From assembly GCA_038087875.1 (NCBI GenBank), contig JAXLNO010000079.1, positions 372,001 to 436,000 on the forward strand: a stretch of DNA of 64,000 nucleotides, in the 5' to 3' direction. Of the stretch, positions 23,605-36,585 are shown one piece after another. Origin of the DNA: Malacoraja senta. Lineage: Eukaryota. A program made the translations under genes and the position numbers. Below the pieces are notes generated by a model. The model did not search any database and was not told the origin of the DNA. It saw only the letters and a list, made by a program, of their open reading frames with translations. The stretch's first letter is position 1. Each line of letters begins with the position of its first letter.

Positions 23605-25903
23605 AGCATGTGGGCACAAATGATGTCGGAAAGAAGGGGATGAATATTCTCTAGCGTGACTTTAGAGAGCTCGGAAAAATGCTGAAAAGCAGGACCTCCA
23701 GGGTGGTTATCTCCGGTTTGCTTCCAGTTCCTCGTGCTGGCGAGAGCAGGAACAGGGAGATACAGGACCTGAATGTGTGGCTGGGGAACTGGTGCAGGGG
23801 GCAGGGATTTAGATTCTTAAACCACTGGGATCTGTTTTGGAGTAAGGGGGAACTGTACAAAAGGGACGGATTGCACCTTAACAGGTGGGGGACCAGCATT
23901 CTGGCAGGCAGGTTTCCCACTGCGACACAGGTGGTTTTAAACTAAATAAGGCAGGGGGGGGGGGGGTGGGTGTCAAATGGGATAGTCAAGGACAGAGTTA
24001 AAGGGAAAGGGAGTAAAGGGATAGTTAATGACCCCAGAATTAATGGGAAAGAAAGCTCACAAAGGGATAGGAGAGTATGGCCAAATGTATTAGGGATCGA
24101 TGTGAATGGTGAGATACGTAAGGAATTAAAAGTACTGTATTTGAATGCATGAAGTATAAGAAGTAAAGTAGATGAGCTTGAGCTTCGGATCTGTCTTCAC
24201 TAAGGAAGACACAAACAATCTCCCAGAAGTACTGGAGGACAGAGGATCTAAGGGGGTCGAGGAACTGGAATAAATTTTCATTAGGTGAGAAATAGTATTG
24301 GGTAGGCTAATGGGACTGAAGGATGATAAATCCCCGGGGCCTGATGGACTGCATCCCAGGGTCTTCAGGGAGGTGCCTCTAGAAATAGTGGATGCATTGG
24401 TGATCATTTTCCAATGTTCAATAGATTCAGGATCAGTTCCTGTGGATTGGAGGATAGCTAATGTTATCCCACTTTTCAAGAAAGGAGCGAGAGAGAAAAC
24501 GGGGAATTACAGACCAGTTAGCCTGACTTCGGTGGTGGGAAAGATGCTGGAGTCAATTATTAATGAGGTAATAATGGGGCATTTAGATAGCAGTAAAAGG
24601 ATTAGTCCAAGTCAGCATGGATTTATGAAAGGGAAATCATGCTTGACCAATCTTCTGGAATTTTTTGAGGATATGACAAGTAAAATGGATGAAGGGGTGC
24701 CAGTGGATGTAGTGTATCTAGTCTTTCAGAAAGCCTTTGATAAGGTCCCGCACGGGAGACTGGTGACTAAAATTACAGCACATTGTATTGGTGTTGACTT
24801 GGATAGAAAATTGGTTGGCAGACAGGAAGCAAAGAGTAGGAGTGAACAGGTCCTTTTCAGAATGGCAGGCAGTGGCGAGTGGAGTGCCGCAAGGCTCGGC
24901 GTTGGGGCCGCAACTGTTTACCATATATATTAATGATTTGGAAGAGGGAATTAGGAGCAACACTAGCAAGTTTGCAGATGACACAAAGCTGGGTGGCAGT
25001 GTGAACTGTGAAGAGGATGTTAGGAGGTTGCAGGGTGACCTGGACAGGTTGAGTGAGTGGGCAGATGCGTGGCAGATGCAGTATAATATAGATAAATGTG
25101 AGGTTATCCACTTTGGCGGCAAAAACAAGGGGGCAGATTATTATCTCAATGGGGTTAGGTTAGGTAAGGGGGAGGTACAGCGAGACCTGGGTGTCCTTGT
25201 ACACCGGCAACTGAAAGTTGGCGTGCAGTTACAGCAGGCAGTGAAGAAAGCTAATAGAGTGTTGGCCTTCATAACAAGAGGATTTCAGTATAGTAGAGAG
25301 GTTCTTCTGCAGTTGTATAGGGCTCTGCTAAGACCACATCTAGAGTATTGCATACAGTTTTGGTCTCCTAATTTGAGGAAGGACATCCTTGTGATTGAGG
25401 CAGTGCAGCGTAGGTTCACGAGGTTGATCCCTGGGATGGCGGGACTGTCATATGAGGAAAGTTTGAAAAGACTAGGCTTGTATTCACTGGAGTTTAGAAG
25501 GATGAGGGGGTATCTTATAGAAACATATAAAATTATAAAAGGACTGGACAAGCTAGATGCAGGAAATTTTTTCCCAATGTTGGGCGAGTCCAGAACCAGG
25601 GGCCACAGTCTTAGAATAAAGGGGAGGCCATTTAAGACTGAGGTGAGAAAAAACGTTTTCACCCAGAGAGTTGTGAATTTATGGAATTCCCTGCCACAGA
25701 GGCCAGTGGAGGCCAAATCACTGGATGGATTTAAGAGAGAGTTAGATAGAGCTCTAGGGGCTAGTGGAATCAAGGGATATTGGGAGAAGGCAGGCACGGG
25801 TTATTGATTGGGGACGATCAGCCATGATCTCAATGAATGGTGGTGCTGGCTCGAAGGGCCGAATGGCCTCCTCCTGCACCTATTTTCCATGTTTCTATGT
25901 TTC
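23605..25903 (+). mobile_element. CR1 LINE with ORF1 esterase end, large internal deletion at ~24183, intact RT 3' half
   Basis: HVGTNDV...VVISGLLPVPRA...DGLHLN (SGNH esterase); ORF2 start LKVLYLNA jumps directly to FGSVFTKED; 339-aa RT ORF 24788-25807. Confidence 0.92.
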
Positions 25904-27705
25904 TGTGTGAAAGTGAAGCTCAGTGTTCTATCTCAGTTAAACATCAACATTACTTTGACCATGAAAAGGCCTGGCTAATATTCTTTAGCGTGGATTGTTT
26001 TCTCTGGAATGTCGGAGGTTGAGGGGAGACTTGATAAAAGTATATAAAATAATGAGAGGCATAGATAGTCCGAACCATTTCCCAGGTGGAAATGTCCAAT
26101 AGTTAGAGGGCATAACTACTGTATAAGGTAAGAGGAGCAACGTTTAATGGGGATGAGCGGGTTAAATTTTGTACACTTAGAAAGGTGGAGGCTGCTGTGA
26201 TTGGTGGTGGAGGCAGATACGATCGTGGCATTTAAGAGGTTTTTGGATGGGCAAACAGAAGGACATGGATCATGCACAGGCAGATGATTTCAGTTCAATT
26301 GACTTCATGTTTGGCATAAGCATTCTGCTGACTGGTTAGCACACAACAAAAGCTTTTCACTGTTCCTCGGTACACGTGACAATAAACTAAACTGATAGCT
26401 GATTGTGGGCTGAAGAGTGTGTTCCTGTTCTGTACCTTTCTATATTTTATATTTATCTCTCCAGCAACATTACTGAAGCATTACAACATTTCTGGTCATT
26501 CTCACACTGCTCCCTGTGTGAATGCGAGTGCGGGAAGTGTCTTGTTTTCTAGTGACTTCAATTATAAATGTATTCATTATCTATTAACCATTTCCCAATA
26601 CTATGATGTCATGAACATCACGTACAAATGCTATTACTTTGTGAGTGAGACGTGTTTGAGTAATGAACCAGTGTTGGAGGTTGCGTTTATAAGAAAATAG
26701 CATGGTGGGACTTGGATCAGGTACTTAGAACATAGAACAAACAGTACAGTAACAGGCTCTTTGGCCCACAATGTCTATGCTAAACATGATGCCAAGACCA
26801 AGCAAAGGTCATGGATCATTATTCTGCCATTTTAAACAACCTTCTCACAACAGTAGTGTTCAATTATTTTGTACAATGTCATACTATTTTGTCCCATGTT
26901 TGCCTGAAATATTTTATACCCAGATCAGGCAATTTATTTACTTTTTAAGAGGTTAAACTTAATCTATCCTCTCATTTGTGTTTATTATGTGTAATATTTA
27001 ACCTTCCTTTTTAACCACAATATCTGATCACCGCCCCCCCCCCCCCCCCCCCCCCACCCTTCCCTGCTGTTATTATTGGTGGAAAGGGAAGCAAAGTGCT
27101 TACTGGCCATCTCTGCAGCAGACAGGATATCACAATCTCCAGACGCTGAGCCCGAAGTTTCAGCGACTTAGTTTGGTGAAAGACTCCATCACACAGTGGT
27201 CTGAGAGCAATTAAGCAACTAATGGGCTGCTGATGAAGGTGAAAGTTGTCTAATTGCAGGTGCTTTGTCATTGACCAGGTTTTACCAGTGAAGCACCAGA
27301 TTCATATTTCTTTAACCTGTCAGAAACAAGCATCCAGCGATTTCCATTTGATTAATACACAATAAAATGCAAAAAGAGAACATTCTCTTTGAAGACCAAA
27401 CTATGCCTAAATATTTATTTAATATTGAGATGTTTTATTTCCTGTTATGTGATTATAGTACTGTAATGTTATCAGAGGGACCCACAATGAACAAGACATT
27501 CCTGCACCACTCTGACCGCTCTGAGCTAGTGAGCAGCAATGAGATTTTCATCAGAAAGGTTTATAGTTGGTGATAGATGTTAGTTCTTATTTTCAGCAGC
27601 TTGAAGACGAAAGGTATGATCTTTGTCATGCTGTTATTGTGCATGTATTCTCAGCCCTGTGTCGTGCTACCGTAACATTGTAAATCCAAGCATACACACG
27701 ATACC

Positions 27706-28010
27706 TGGCACAGCGGTAGAGTTGCTGCCTTGCAGCGAATGCAGCGCCACAGACCAGGGTTCGATCCCGACTATGGGTGCTGTCTGTACGGAGTTTGTAC
27801 ATTCTCACCGTGACCTGCATGGGTTTTCTCCGAGATCTTCTGTTTCCTCCCACACTCTAAAGATGTGCGGGTTTGTAGGTTAATTGACGTCGGTAAATTG
27901 TAAAATCGTCCCTGGTGTGTGCAGGATGATATTCCTGTACGGGGTGATAGCTGGTCGGCGCGGACGGTGGGCCGAAGAACCTGTATCTCTTAACTAAAAA
28001 AACTAAAAAC
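27706..28010 (+). mobile_element. tRNA-derived V-SINE (HE1-like)
   Basis: Pol III A box tggcacagcggtag (27706) and B box ggttcgatccc (27758); V-domain ggagtttgtacattctcaccgtgacctgcatgggttttctccg; CR1-like tail gggccgaag...ctgtatctct followed by an A-rich end. Confidence 0.88.
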
Positions 28011-28332
28011 CTTATTCATTCCTCAGCAGCCCCGTTTATGACAATCCAGCAACAATTCAGCGACAATTAGAGCGGTGCTAGCTTGAAGGGCCGAATGGCC
28101 TACTCCTGCACCTATTGTCTATTGTCAGAAAAGAAATCACAGATAAATCCGAACATTTGAACCAAACCATTGCAGTCATTTCAATATTCAGTGTAAATGC
28201 TCTGAGTCTGCAGCAACATTTGTTTCAGACGCGATTAACTGGGGCTTGTATCTTTCTGAAGACAATCCATAATTAACATTTCAGTTCACAAACACTTTAA
28301 AAATGGAATTAATCTCTTGCCATATTTTATAG

Positions 28333-28401
28333 ATTGATCAAGATGGACTCACTCTGCCAGAGCGTACACTTTATTTTGGTGAGGATGAAGAAAGTGAAAA
28401 G
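28333..28401 (+). CDS. ECEL1: ECEL1 coding exon 2 (69 nt, phase 0-0)
   Basis: ttttatag|ATT...AAG|gtaatg; translates IDQDGLTLPERTLYFGEDEESEK, continuing exon 1 in frame. Confidence 0.95.
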
Positions 28402-28779
28402 GTAATGTCATCCTAAACCTCTTAAATTATTTTTTATGCGAAATTAACATAACAAAATAATTGGAAGGAAACTGCCTGTGCTGGTTCAATTGTGCTTTGT
28501 ACATATGCACACAATAACGGGTTCAATTTTGCAGGAACTGATGAATCAGAATACTGCAGTGCACATCTTAAAGAACTAACTTAATTTGGGAAAGTATGCT
28601 ACACTGGTTTATAGCATTCCACTGCCGCTGCTGGGATCTGAGTTTAAATTTAGATATTATGAGTGAAATCAATCTTCATTTAATATCCCCTGTGCATCTT
28701 CAAGGAATATCTGATTTGGTAAGGTGCAGAAACCATGTTGGAAGCAGCCGCATGAAAATGTCATCTTGAGAGTAGCAAT

Positions 28780-29681
28780 AGGGAGGTTTCATGGCAGTCG
28801 GGTCACGACCCCATGACCCGTACTGTTGCTACGCTACGCCAAGTGGATTACACGCGATGAACTGCAGGTAAGTACTTATCATTGTTTCCAGCGTAGCGGG
28901 CCCGTTAAAACCCGCCATAATTGTCCATTTTTTGCACTGTAAATAATTATGGAAATCGGGATAAGCGTGGGAGACATTTAGCCTACTTCAGAATTCAAAA
29001 AGTGAGGAGAAATGACGGTAGATAGAAGCGAGAGCTGAAGGGACAACAACAGCCAGAGTGCTTGTCGAACATTGGCCGTTTGCTCACTGCATTTCATCAA
29101 CTAAGGCTTTATTTGTGTTTTTTCTTTATTCCTTTGGCATCTAAAAAGTTTCAGAAGGGATAAATCTGGCTGTAAAATTTTAAAATCGCCCATGGTTCTC
29201 AAGTGGGTTTTTACATATAGAAATAAAACGCCTCTGAAGCAATATTTACAACCAGATTTATCACTTCTGAGACTTTTTAGATACCAAAGGAATCAAGAAA
29301 AACCACAAATAATGCCTTACTGTTGATGAAATGCAGTGAGCAAACGCGATAAATCCCAATATTTTCAATTCCGATATCTGCATGACCAATGTTCGCCAAG
29401 CACTTTAGCTGCTGTTGTCCCTTCAGCTGTCGCTTCTCTTTACCTTCATTTCGCTTCACTTTTGGAATTCTGAAGTTGGGTACATGTCTCTCACACTTAC
29501 CCCGACTTCCACAATTATTTACAGCGATAAAATTCAACATTTTGGCGGTTTTTAATAGGTAGGAAAGTACGAGTTTCTAGCATTAATAACATATACCGGA
29601 AGTGACGGATGTCCTCCAGATGGATTGAGCAGCTCTGTGCATCAAGCCCTATGACCTGGTGACCTTACGTGCAACCCCCCT
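28780..29681. mobile_element. Non-autonomous DNA transposon (PIF/Harbinger-ISL2EU-like) with two convergent THAP-domain remnants
   Basis: Termini AT|agggaggtttca...tgcaacccccct|AT. Long internal inverted repeat (~28905-29178 vs ~29242-29555). Minus-strand ORF 29277-29540 has AVNNCGSR...FRIPKV...RVCSLHF. Confidence 0.7.
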
Positions 29682-30294
29682 ATAGCAGTGTTCTCGGCTG
29701 CTTTCATCTGCTCTGCCTGCATTTGTACCTGCTCCGATACCCATGTGTCACTTAATCATTCCCAGGCTAAAGGTTGTTTGTGTACATTCTTGATGTTTTG
29801 GGGCAAAGTCTCTCACATCTCTCTAGCAGTAAGTTAAGCTGACACTAGAAACATCCTGTCAACTTAGATCATAAACCTACTGTTTTATGATCCCTTTTCA
29901 GATTTCCCGAGAGTCATATATTGACTCCAATCAGCATATATGACAGACCTCAACAAAAGCATACATGGATATTTTTTTACCAAAACAAGAAGCTTTAAGG
30001 AAGGATGCTATGGAACGGTTAATGTGGCATTCTACACCAATAGTATTGGTGCCCATCAAGTGGCAACATGCCACGTATAGGTTGTGTGCACTTTGATGCA
30101 GCCCTCAGTAATCCCAATTCCAAAGCTGGGAACCCGTGTCTCTCATGGAGTTCACATTGAAAACTGGGTCCAAAAAACAGACATTATTCAGCTCCCTTTC
30201 CCCTGTTCAGACCTAAACACGTGAGCCTTATAAGGCTGCCTCCTTCTCAATACACATGTCACAGCCATTAATAACTGGCCTGGGATCACAAATG

Positions 30295-30795
30295 TCTATT
30301 GAGGAAGTGCAGCCTAGGTTTACAAGGTTAATCCCCGGGATGGCGGGACTGTCATATGCTGAGAGAATGGAGCGGCTGGGCTTGTATACTCTGGAGTTTA
30401 GTAGGGTGAGAGGGGATCTTATTGTAACATATAAGATTATTTAGGGTTTGGACACGCTAGAGGCAGGAAACATGCTCCCGATGTTGGGGGAGTCCAGAAC
30501 CAGGGGCCACAGTTTAAGAATAAGGGGTAAGCCATTTAGAACGGACACAAGGAAACACTTTTTCTCACAGAGAGTGGTGAGTCTGTGGAATTATCTGCCT
30601 CAGAGGGCGGTGGAGGCAGGTTCTCTGGATACTTTCAAGAGAGAGCTAGATAGGGCTCTTAAAGATAGCGGAGTCAGGGGATATGGGGAGAAGGCAGGAA
30701 CGGGGTACTGATTGCGAATGATCACATTGAATGGCAGTGCTGGCTCGAAGGGCCGAATGGCCTACTCCTGCACTTATTGTCCATTGTCTATTGTC
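30295..30795 (+). mobile_element. CR1 3' fragment
   Basis: RFTRLIPGMAGLSYAERMERLGLY...LWNYLPQRAVEA; tail ttattgtccattgtctattgtc. Confidence 0.9.
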
Positions 30796-31119
30796 TGTGA
30801 ACCTCAAGAGAAGTGTAAGCCCTGTGGCTGCCACTTTGTCCGAGACTTTGGTCCAATACATAACAGGCTGCTGAAGAACTGGCATTCTCTAAAGTATTGG
30901 TTTTCCTGTATTTGCTAACATGCTTAACCTCGATGGGCCGAGTTTGTCTCAGATATTTCCATTATCTGTGAAATGAGAGATTTTTCATTCATGGAGAAAC
31001 AGGGATACAGGTGCTGGCTCGAAGGGCTGAATGGCCTACTCCTGCACCTATTTTCTATGTTTATCTACTCCATCCAGTGTGTGGGTTATAGTAGTGAGCC
31101 AGTGTGGGCCCCAGATAAT

Positions 31120-33055
31120 AAAGCCAAACAGCGTGCAAACAGGCTCTTTGGCCCAACTTGCCCTCAACAAACAACATGCCCCACCTACACTAGTCCCACC
31201 TGCCTGTTCTTGGCTCATAACCCTCTAAACCTATCCTATCCATGTAGCTGCCTAAATGTATCTTAAGCATTGTGATAGTACCTGCCTTAACTACCTCCTC
31301 CAGCAGCTCATTCCATATACCCAGCATCCTTTGTGTAAAAAAAAATTACCCCTCAGGTTCCTGTTAAACCCCCCCCCCCCCCCATCTTATACCTGTGTCC
31401 AGGGCCGGCCTTAAGCCGATTGGACCGATTGCTCCCAATTGGGCCCCGCGCCTAAGGGTGCCCCGCGCTAATTTTCCGTATTTCGTACGGAAATACGAAT
31501 TTGCGTTGTTAAATACAGATTTTAAAAAACAACATTTGCCTTGTTAAAAACGAACATGGATAATAACCGCTGCACCGGCCATCAGACAAAAACGATTTGT
31601 TAATTGCCACTGTTAGCACTTGTCAACAGCCAGTAGTTAACACGTAGTTATACAATGTGTCATCAATGCATCGATCCACATTCCTCAGTAAATGTAATTG
31701 TGTTTTGACCAAGTATTAATGACGCCGCGTTCCTTTGAATAAAATTCACGCGCCGTCATTAATACTTGGTCAAAACACAATTACATTTACTGAGGAATGT
31801 AGATCGATGTATTGATGACACATTGAGAATTTCTTAAAACTCACTCCTCACTTCCTGGAGTGCACCACTGGCTCACTATTGTTTGTGATGTTTGCTTTTC
31901 AAATATATTCACGTATTCCGCCTATCTTTCTCTTGCAAAAACGGAATGCATTAATAGCATGTCTCAATCTCGTCGGGTTAGTTCACCTCATCAACTGCAA
32001 CTCTCCAGAATGCAGCTTTCTTTACTCCAGAATTTAGTGTCTACCTTTAAAATAAATCCGTGGTCCGCTGAAGAAACAACACGATAGACCACTCTGGAAG
32101 TGCAAGTTTTGCTGTACACTTCATACTGTAGAACACATCATAATACACCTTGAGTGAATGAATGGGGTTAGATTTTTTTAAAATCTGTTGTCTAGAATTA
32201 ATCGATACCCACCCTATGTACCTTATATCAGATTTAAATCGGAATTCCGATTGTTTTGTTTTCCTATTTGTCAATTGTTTTGTGCCCGGTTATTTGGCGG
32301 CCAATCGACCGCTGTCTCTAAGAGGGTTGCGTCCAATCACCGACCAGCTTGCCTTAAAATTCCCGTCCAATCAACAAATCGGTCTCCTCCCGTCCAATCA
32401 GCAGCTGTCTCCAAGGGCATTGTGCCCAATCACATAATGCAGTTTAATGGTAATTAGCAGCTATGGTAAAGGTTGGAAGCCAGCGGAGGTACTGACAGTC
32501 AAACGGGAGCAGGAGAGATTCAGACAGTGTATAATCCATAGCACCTTAGTGTACAATTTCATAATATATACTAAATAACTGGGCAGACAGACCTTGGCTG
32601 TGAACCTGGGGCTCACCAAAATTGTTCCCCATTGGGCCCCGCACCTCCTAAGGCCGGCCTTGCCTGTGTCCTCTGGTTCTTGATTCCACTACTCTGGACA
32701 AAAGACTGTGCATTTACCGAATCTAATCCTCTCATGATCTTATACACCTCTTTAAGATCACTCCTCATCTTCCTGCCCTCCAAGGAATAAAGTCCTAGCC
32801 TGCTCAACCTCTCCCTATAGCTCAGGCCCTCATGTCCTGGCAACATCCTTGTAAATCTTCTCTGCACCCTTTCCAGCTTGACAACATATTTCCTATAACA
32901 TGGTGACCAAAACTGAATACAATGCTCTAATGTGACCTTGGCAATGTCTTATATAATTGTAACCTGACCTCACAACATCTATACTCAATGCTCTGATTGA
33001 TGAAGGTCAGAAAGTCTTCTCGATCACCCTATCCACCTGTGATGCCACTTTTAAG
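31120..33055 (-). mobile_element. CR1 (second family) 3' fragment interrupted by a hAT element
   Basis: Reverse complement of the 7900-8490 region; sequence resumes after the 8-bp TSD at 32663. Confidence 0.8.
31400..32662. mobile_element. Non-autonomous hAT transposon (1263 bp)
   Basis: Perfect 8-bp TSD cctgtgtc (31392-31399 and 32663-32670); TIR cagggccggccttaag / cctaaggccggccttg; subterminal attgggccccgc repeats; no transposase ORF. Confidence 0.9.
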
Positions 33056-34494
33056 GTCTTCTCCTTGAGCTGGATAGATACAATAGCCTCCCCTGCATGG
33101 CATACAGGAAAATATTGCTTTGTGAACTTCTGGTGGTTGAACGCATTCTCAGGATATGCTGACCTTGAGGTGAAGGGTGAACATTGGGCCTACTTCTCTC
33201 TGATTATTTAAATGTGCTCAGCCAGCACTGAAGGCAAAATCCAGTGCACCACAATCTTGCAGATGAATTGATGATTAACATTAAATTAATGCATTACAGC
33301 CGTACATCCATGGCAGTTACAAAATGCAGACTGCTGGAGATAACGAACAAGAACTGGTGAAAGGAAATGTTATCAATTGCCTCCTGAAAATTCAGTTCTT
33401 TATCCCATTCGAGATGTGGTTAAAATGAAAATTATTACAATAAAGGAGAATGTTGCAAGTTGGATAATAAACTGAGTTCATAATTGTAAACCAAAGGTAG
33501 TAATTGTAATTGGCCAGCACTGGTCAGCAGTGGTCATCTGGCACTGGTCAGCAGTGTTCCAGAGTTGAATCCTGAAACCTGCATCACTTGAAGTGCAAAT
33601 GGCATTTAATGTCAAAAATATGAGTTGACAGATATCGGTAAAATGTATGACAGCAGCTGCAAAGAAAAATAACACAACCTGTTATCCAACGTCTCCACGG
33701 AATATAAATGTAAAGAAGTGATTCTGACATTTTATAAAAGATTAGAAAAGCTAGAGATGAGTATTGTGTCAAGGTATGATTTCATACATAAAGATGATAC
33801 TGAGTGGAAATGATTCAGAAGAGCCACAAAATATTCCACATTTTATATAAAAGCAATTTAAACCTATTCCATTATGAAAATGATTAAGGTTGATATGACT
33901 CAATTTCTTCCAGTATTCAGGGCAACAGATAACTTGATATATCAAGGTACTTCATGTAAAAGTACAACGGGAACGTGGTCATTAACTAAGCAAGCTATTA
34001 GTTTAACCTTCACCACTGATTTATGGACCCAGCTGATGTAAATCCTCCACTGATATGTAGAGGAGGTAATCATATCATCCTGATTCAGTGGACGAAGAGG
34101 ATTTGTCAAGAGACAGGTAAATTACTTCTTCAAGTGGAGGATTACATCAGCTTCTGGGCAAGAATCTGAATATTTCAGAGCTGGCTGGAGCATATAATCC
34201 TTCCTTGTTTTGTCCTTGTGTTCTGATAAATTTGCTGCTAAATTAAAAGATTTCTCCAAAGTAACCTGTTTTTAGATTCCAGCAATTCCTTGAGCTGCTA
34301 TTGATTTGATCCGACCCCCATACTGCAGAGCAATTACTTTGATTGTCTTGAAGCTTTCTGCAGCTCCAGTTAACAGGGGTCTAATGTTGAAAGGTGACCA
34401 TGCCTTTAGTAGGTCAACATTGAAGGGGGCAATCTCTTTCTGATTGGTGCTTGACTCTCTGGAGGAGGGGCGTACTGAATGAGGTTGTGGAACT

Positions 34495-34900
34495 GATGCA
34501 AAAAGCAAACTGCCAGAGGAACTTAGCAGGTCAAGCAGCATCTGCAGGAGATAAAAACTGCCTCAAGACTGGGAGTGGAGAGGGAAGATAGCCGAGAAAG
34601 AGGAGAGGTGGAGGAGGTGAGGCAGGGACTGATAGCCGATGGGTGAACTGAGGAGGGGTAAGGGGTGATAGGTAGAAGGAGCCAGGTGAGGGAGGGGGAG
34701 GGTGGAGTAAGGAGATAAATAAAGACAGAGTCTCCATTGGGAATCTGCTGTAAGGTGACAATAGAAACCATTAAAGTAGAGACACAGGGCAGAGGGGACT
34801 AGGTGGGAAGGGTCTGGCGGGTTGTGTTTGTGTTGCATGTGGATGGACCGGTTGGAAAATACAGAGGGCTGGGATGGGAAGAATGGGAAAGAGAACAAGA
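34495..34900 (-). mobile_element. Old Penelope-like 3' region (continues ~36590-36720)
   Basis: caaactgccagaggaacttagcaggtcaagcagcatctg followed by a purine-rich tract; resumes after the CR1 with gtacctgaaactggaggattcagtgtcc...gtagaatatgagg. Confidence 0.55.
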
Positions 34901-36585
34901 ATGAGAAGTATTTCTCCTCTGTATTTACCAAGGAGAAAGACAGTAGGACAGAGGAACTTGGGGCAGTCAATGGAAGTGTCTTGAGAGCAGTCAGTGTTAC
35001 TGTCAAAGAACTACTGAAGGTACTATCATGTATGAAGGTAGACAAATCTCCAGGGCCTGATCAGATATATCCGAGGACATTGTGGTAAACCAGAGAGGAA
35101 CCTGCGAGAGCCCTGGTTGAAACATATGAGTCGTCCATAAATACAGGAAAGGTGCTGGAAGACGGGAGTGGCAAATGTTGTGCCTCTTTTCAAGAAGGGC
35201 TGCAGGGAAAATGCTGGGAACTATAGGTCGGTGAGCTTAACATCTGTAGTTGGAAAGTTCCTAGATAGTATTCTGAGGGATAGGTTATACAGGCATTTGG
35301 ATGGGCAAGGGCTGATTAGGGACAGTCAGTATGGTTTTGTACGTGGGAGGTCGTGTCTCACAAATCCAATCGATTTTTTGAAGACGTGTCCAAAAGGCCG
35401 ATGAGGGCAGAGCTGTAGATGTTGTATACATGGATTTCAGTAAGACATTTGACAAGGTTCCGTATGGTAGGCTGTTCTGGAAGGTTAGATCGCATGGGGT
35501 CCAAGGAGAGATAGTTGAATGGATAGCAAATTGGTTCCATGGAAGGAAGCAGAGGGTGATGGTGGAAGGTAACTTCCCGGACTGGAACCTGTGACTAGTG
35601 GTGTGCCTCAGGGTTCAGTGCTGGGCCCGTTACTGTTTGCCCTCTACATCAATGATTAGGATGAGAACAAACAGGGCAAGATTAACAAGTTTGTTGATGA
35701 TACAATAGTGAGTGGTTTTGCAGATAGTGAGGATGGTTGTGAAAGATTGCAGCAGGATCTGAATCGATTGGCTAGGTAGACTGAGGAATCGTTGATGGAA
35801 TTTTATACAGAGAAGTGTGAGGTGATGCATTTTGGGATGTCTAACAAGGGCAGGACCTACACAGTGAATGGTAGGCCTGTTGTAGAGCAGAGGGATCTAA
35901 GAGTGCAGATGCATGGGTCCTTGAAGGTCGAGTCGCAGGTAGATAAGGTGGTCAAAAAGCTTTTGGCACTTTGGCCTTCATCAGTCAGAGTATAGAGTAT
36001 AGAAGTTGGGAGGTCATGTTGCAGTTGTATAAGACGTTGGTGAGACCGCATTTAGGATATTGTGTACAGTTCTGGGCATCATATTATAGAAAAGATATTG
36101 TCAAGCTTGAAAGGGTTGAGAGAAGATTTCCGAGGATGTTGCCAAGACTAGAGATTGTGAGCTATAGGGAGAGGTTGAGTAGGCTGGGACTATTCGTTGG
36201 AGCGCAGGAGGATGAGCGGTGATCTTATAGAGGTGTACAAAATCATGAGAGGAATAGATCAGGTAGATGCACAGAGTCTCATGCCCAGAGTGGAGGAATT
36301 GAGGACCAGAGGACATAGGTTCAAGGTGAAGGGGCAAAGATTTAATAGGAATTTGAGGGGTAACTTTTTCACACAAAGGTTGGTGGGTGTATGGAACAAG
36401 CTGCCAGAGGAGGTAGTTGAGGCTGGAATTATCCCAACGGGTAAGAAACAGTTAGACAGGTACATGGATAGGACATGTTTGGAGGGATATGGACCAAGCG
36501 CAGGCAGGTTGGACCAGTGTGGCTGGGACATTGTTGGCAAGTTGGGCCGAAGGGCCGGTTTCCACACTGTATCACTCTATTACTG
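34900..36585 (+). mobile_element. CR1 (second family) RT fragment
   Basis: YFSSVFTKEKDSRTEELGAV...KSPGPDQIYPRTL; closely matches 6900-8490; tail tccacactgtatcactctat. Confidence 0.9.

Noticed and set aside
27706..27775. tRNA gene
   Set aside because: The A/B boxes belong to a SINE head followed by a V-domain and LINE tail; no complete cloverleaf.
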